Positions 63,196 to 64,000 of a stretch of 64,000 nt of DNA are shown here, piece by piece. Under the pieces are notes generated by a model, which did not search any database, had not been told where the DNA came from, and was given only the letters and a program-made list of their open reading frames with translations. Position 1 is the first letter of the stretch. Each line of letters opens with the position of its first letter. A program made the translations under genes and the position numbers. Origin of the DNA: a virus (lineage: Duplodnaviria; Caudoviricetes); IMG/VR virus record IMGVR_UViG_3300029305_003961, positions 1 through 64,000 of that record; one strand, written 5' to 3'.

Positions 63196-64000
63196 TTACA
63201 TAGTTTTCTGCTTGTCAAGCACAGCTTTAATCCAAGCAGGCATAGATTCATCTCCAGCGGTTTGATCTAAATTATAAGTGACCGTACTAGCAGGAGTTTC
63301 CTCTTCTTCTGAAGCAAAACTAATTTTATTGCGGAACGCAATAACAGAAAGTTTTGATTCAATATCATCAAGAGAATAAGTATCAATGTTATCTAAAACG
63401 TCTTTCTTGTCTTCAGGAGATAACATATAGAAGGTTTCGTTAATCATAACCTCTTTTTCTTTTCTCTCAATCGCCATTTTAAAAGCAGTTAATTCATTAA
63501 TCTGCATTTCTAAATTTGCCTTATCGGCTTCCCAAGTGGTCTTAGCGGCCTCTAAGGTAGCGTTTTCGGCCTACAAACTTTCATAGTTTGCTTGTAAAGC
63601 AGAATAAGTCTGGGAAAGTTCCATATATTCTGGAATTTCTTCCAAAACATATTTATCTTTCTTGTCCTCATCCTCTTCTTCACATTCACATTCATCAAGT
63701 GGCTTACCACACTTAGGACAAACTTCCTTATCTTCTTCTTCCTTTTCAGGCTTTTTACTAGCGGCATATTCTGCCACATAGTTATTATAAGCCTCTAAAG
63801 AAAATTGAGGTTCAGCGGCAGGAACAAATTCCTTGCTAACTTCAATCAATTCCTCAGAAGCACTAAAGCCCTCTTCAGTAAGAGTAAAGTTCAAGCGGAA
63901 ATAATCCATAGTGGTACGATGTTGAAGAATAGCGAATTTTTGACCTTCTTCCTCATAGATGCCTTCAATACGATAGACAGTACAATATTCGCACTCCTCA
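63196..64000 (-). CDS. Prohead scaffold/protease C-terminal region (5' end outside the window), 1 TAG (63571)
   Basis: ORFs 63571..63909 and 63196..63507 are co-framed. Acidic coiled coil, CPKCGKP..ECEC, YSLDDIE.KLS and PAWI.AV. Confidence 0.72.

Noticed and set aside
1-64000. Suppressor tRNA (CUA anticodon), release factor or aminoacyl-tRNA synthetase for the recoding
   Set aside because: No cloverleaf or such ORF was seen, and intergenic gaps are short and explained by terminators and promoters. These may lie outside the window; tRNAscan-SE or ARAGORN would settle it.
1-64000. CRISPR array or diversity-generating retroelement
   Set aside because: No regularly spaced direct repeats, no reverse transcriptase motifs and no template/variable repeat pair were noticed by eye.

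Overview
This is a 64-kb segment of a large AT-rich tailed phage genome. The host is most likely an anaerobic Bacillota (Firmicutes) bacterium, judging from strong AAGGAG Shine-Dalgarno sites, TG-extended sigmaA promoters and a class III ribonucleotide reductase. Two arms converge on a bidirectional terminator at about 33.45 kb. The + arm (1-33.45 kb) carries DNA replication and nucleotide metabolism genes: RNase HI, GyrB/GyrA, NAD ligase, ThyA, DHFR, SSB, a Sak4-like ATPase, DnaB, primase, RecJ, a RecD-like helicase, DnaE, guanylate kinase, NrdD, dUTPase and RuvC. The - arm (33.47-64 kb) carries virion genes: scaffold, cement, major capsid, neck, tail tube, a tape measure of about 3150 aa, tail tip proteins and a holin. 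The fragmented ORF track is an artefact of stop-codon reassignment. TAG is read as a sense codon, very probably Gln (genetic code 15), and reading through it restores complete genes that end in TAA or TGA. TAG use is strongly non-random: it is absent from the core replisome and the most abundant virion proteins, and present in nucleases, one holin-like gene, NrdD and most minor virion genes. Other notable elements: a group I intron in gyrB carrying a recoded GIY-YIG endonuclease; a second, non-sigmaA promoter-like motif with fixed spacing in front of seven TAG-containing genes; a membrane-anchor/coiled-coil/GIY-YIG fusion hidden by 8 TAGs; a probable -1 frameshift extension of the tail tube protein; and tandem NrdR-like boxes before nrdD. 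No tRNA, rRNA or CRISPR array was seen. All calls come from manual reading and recalled motifs; no database search was run.
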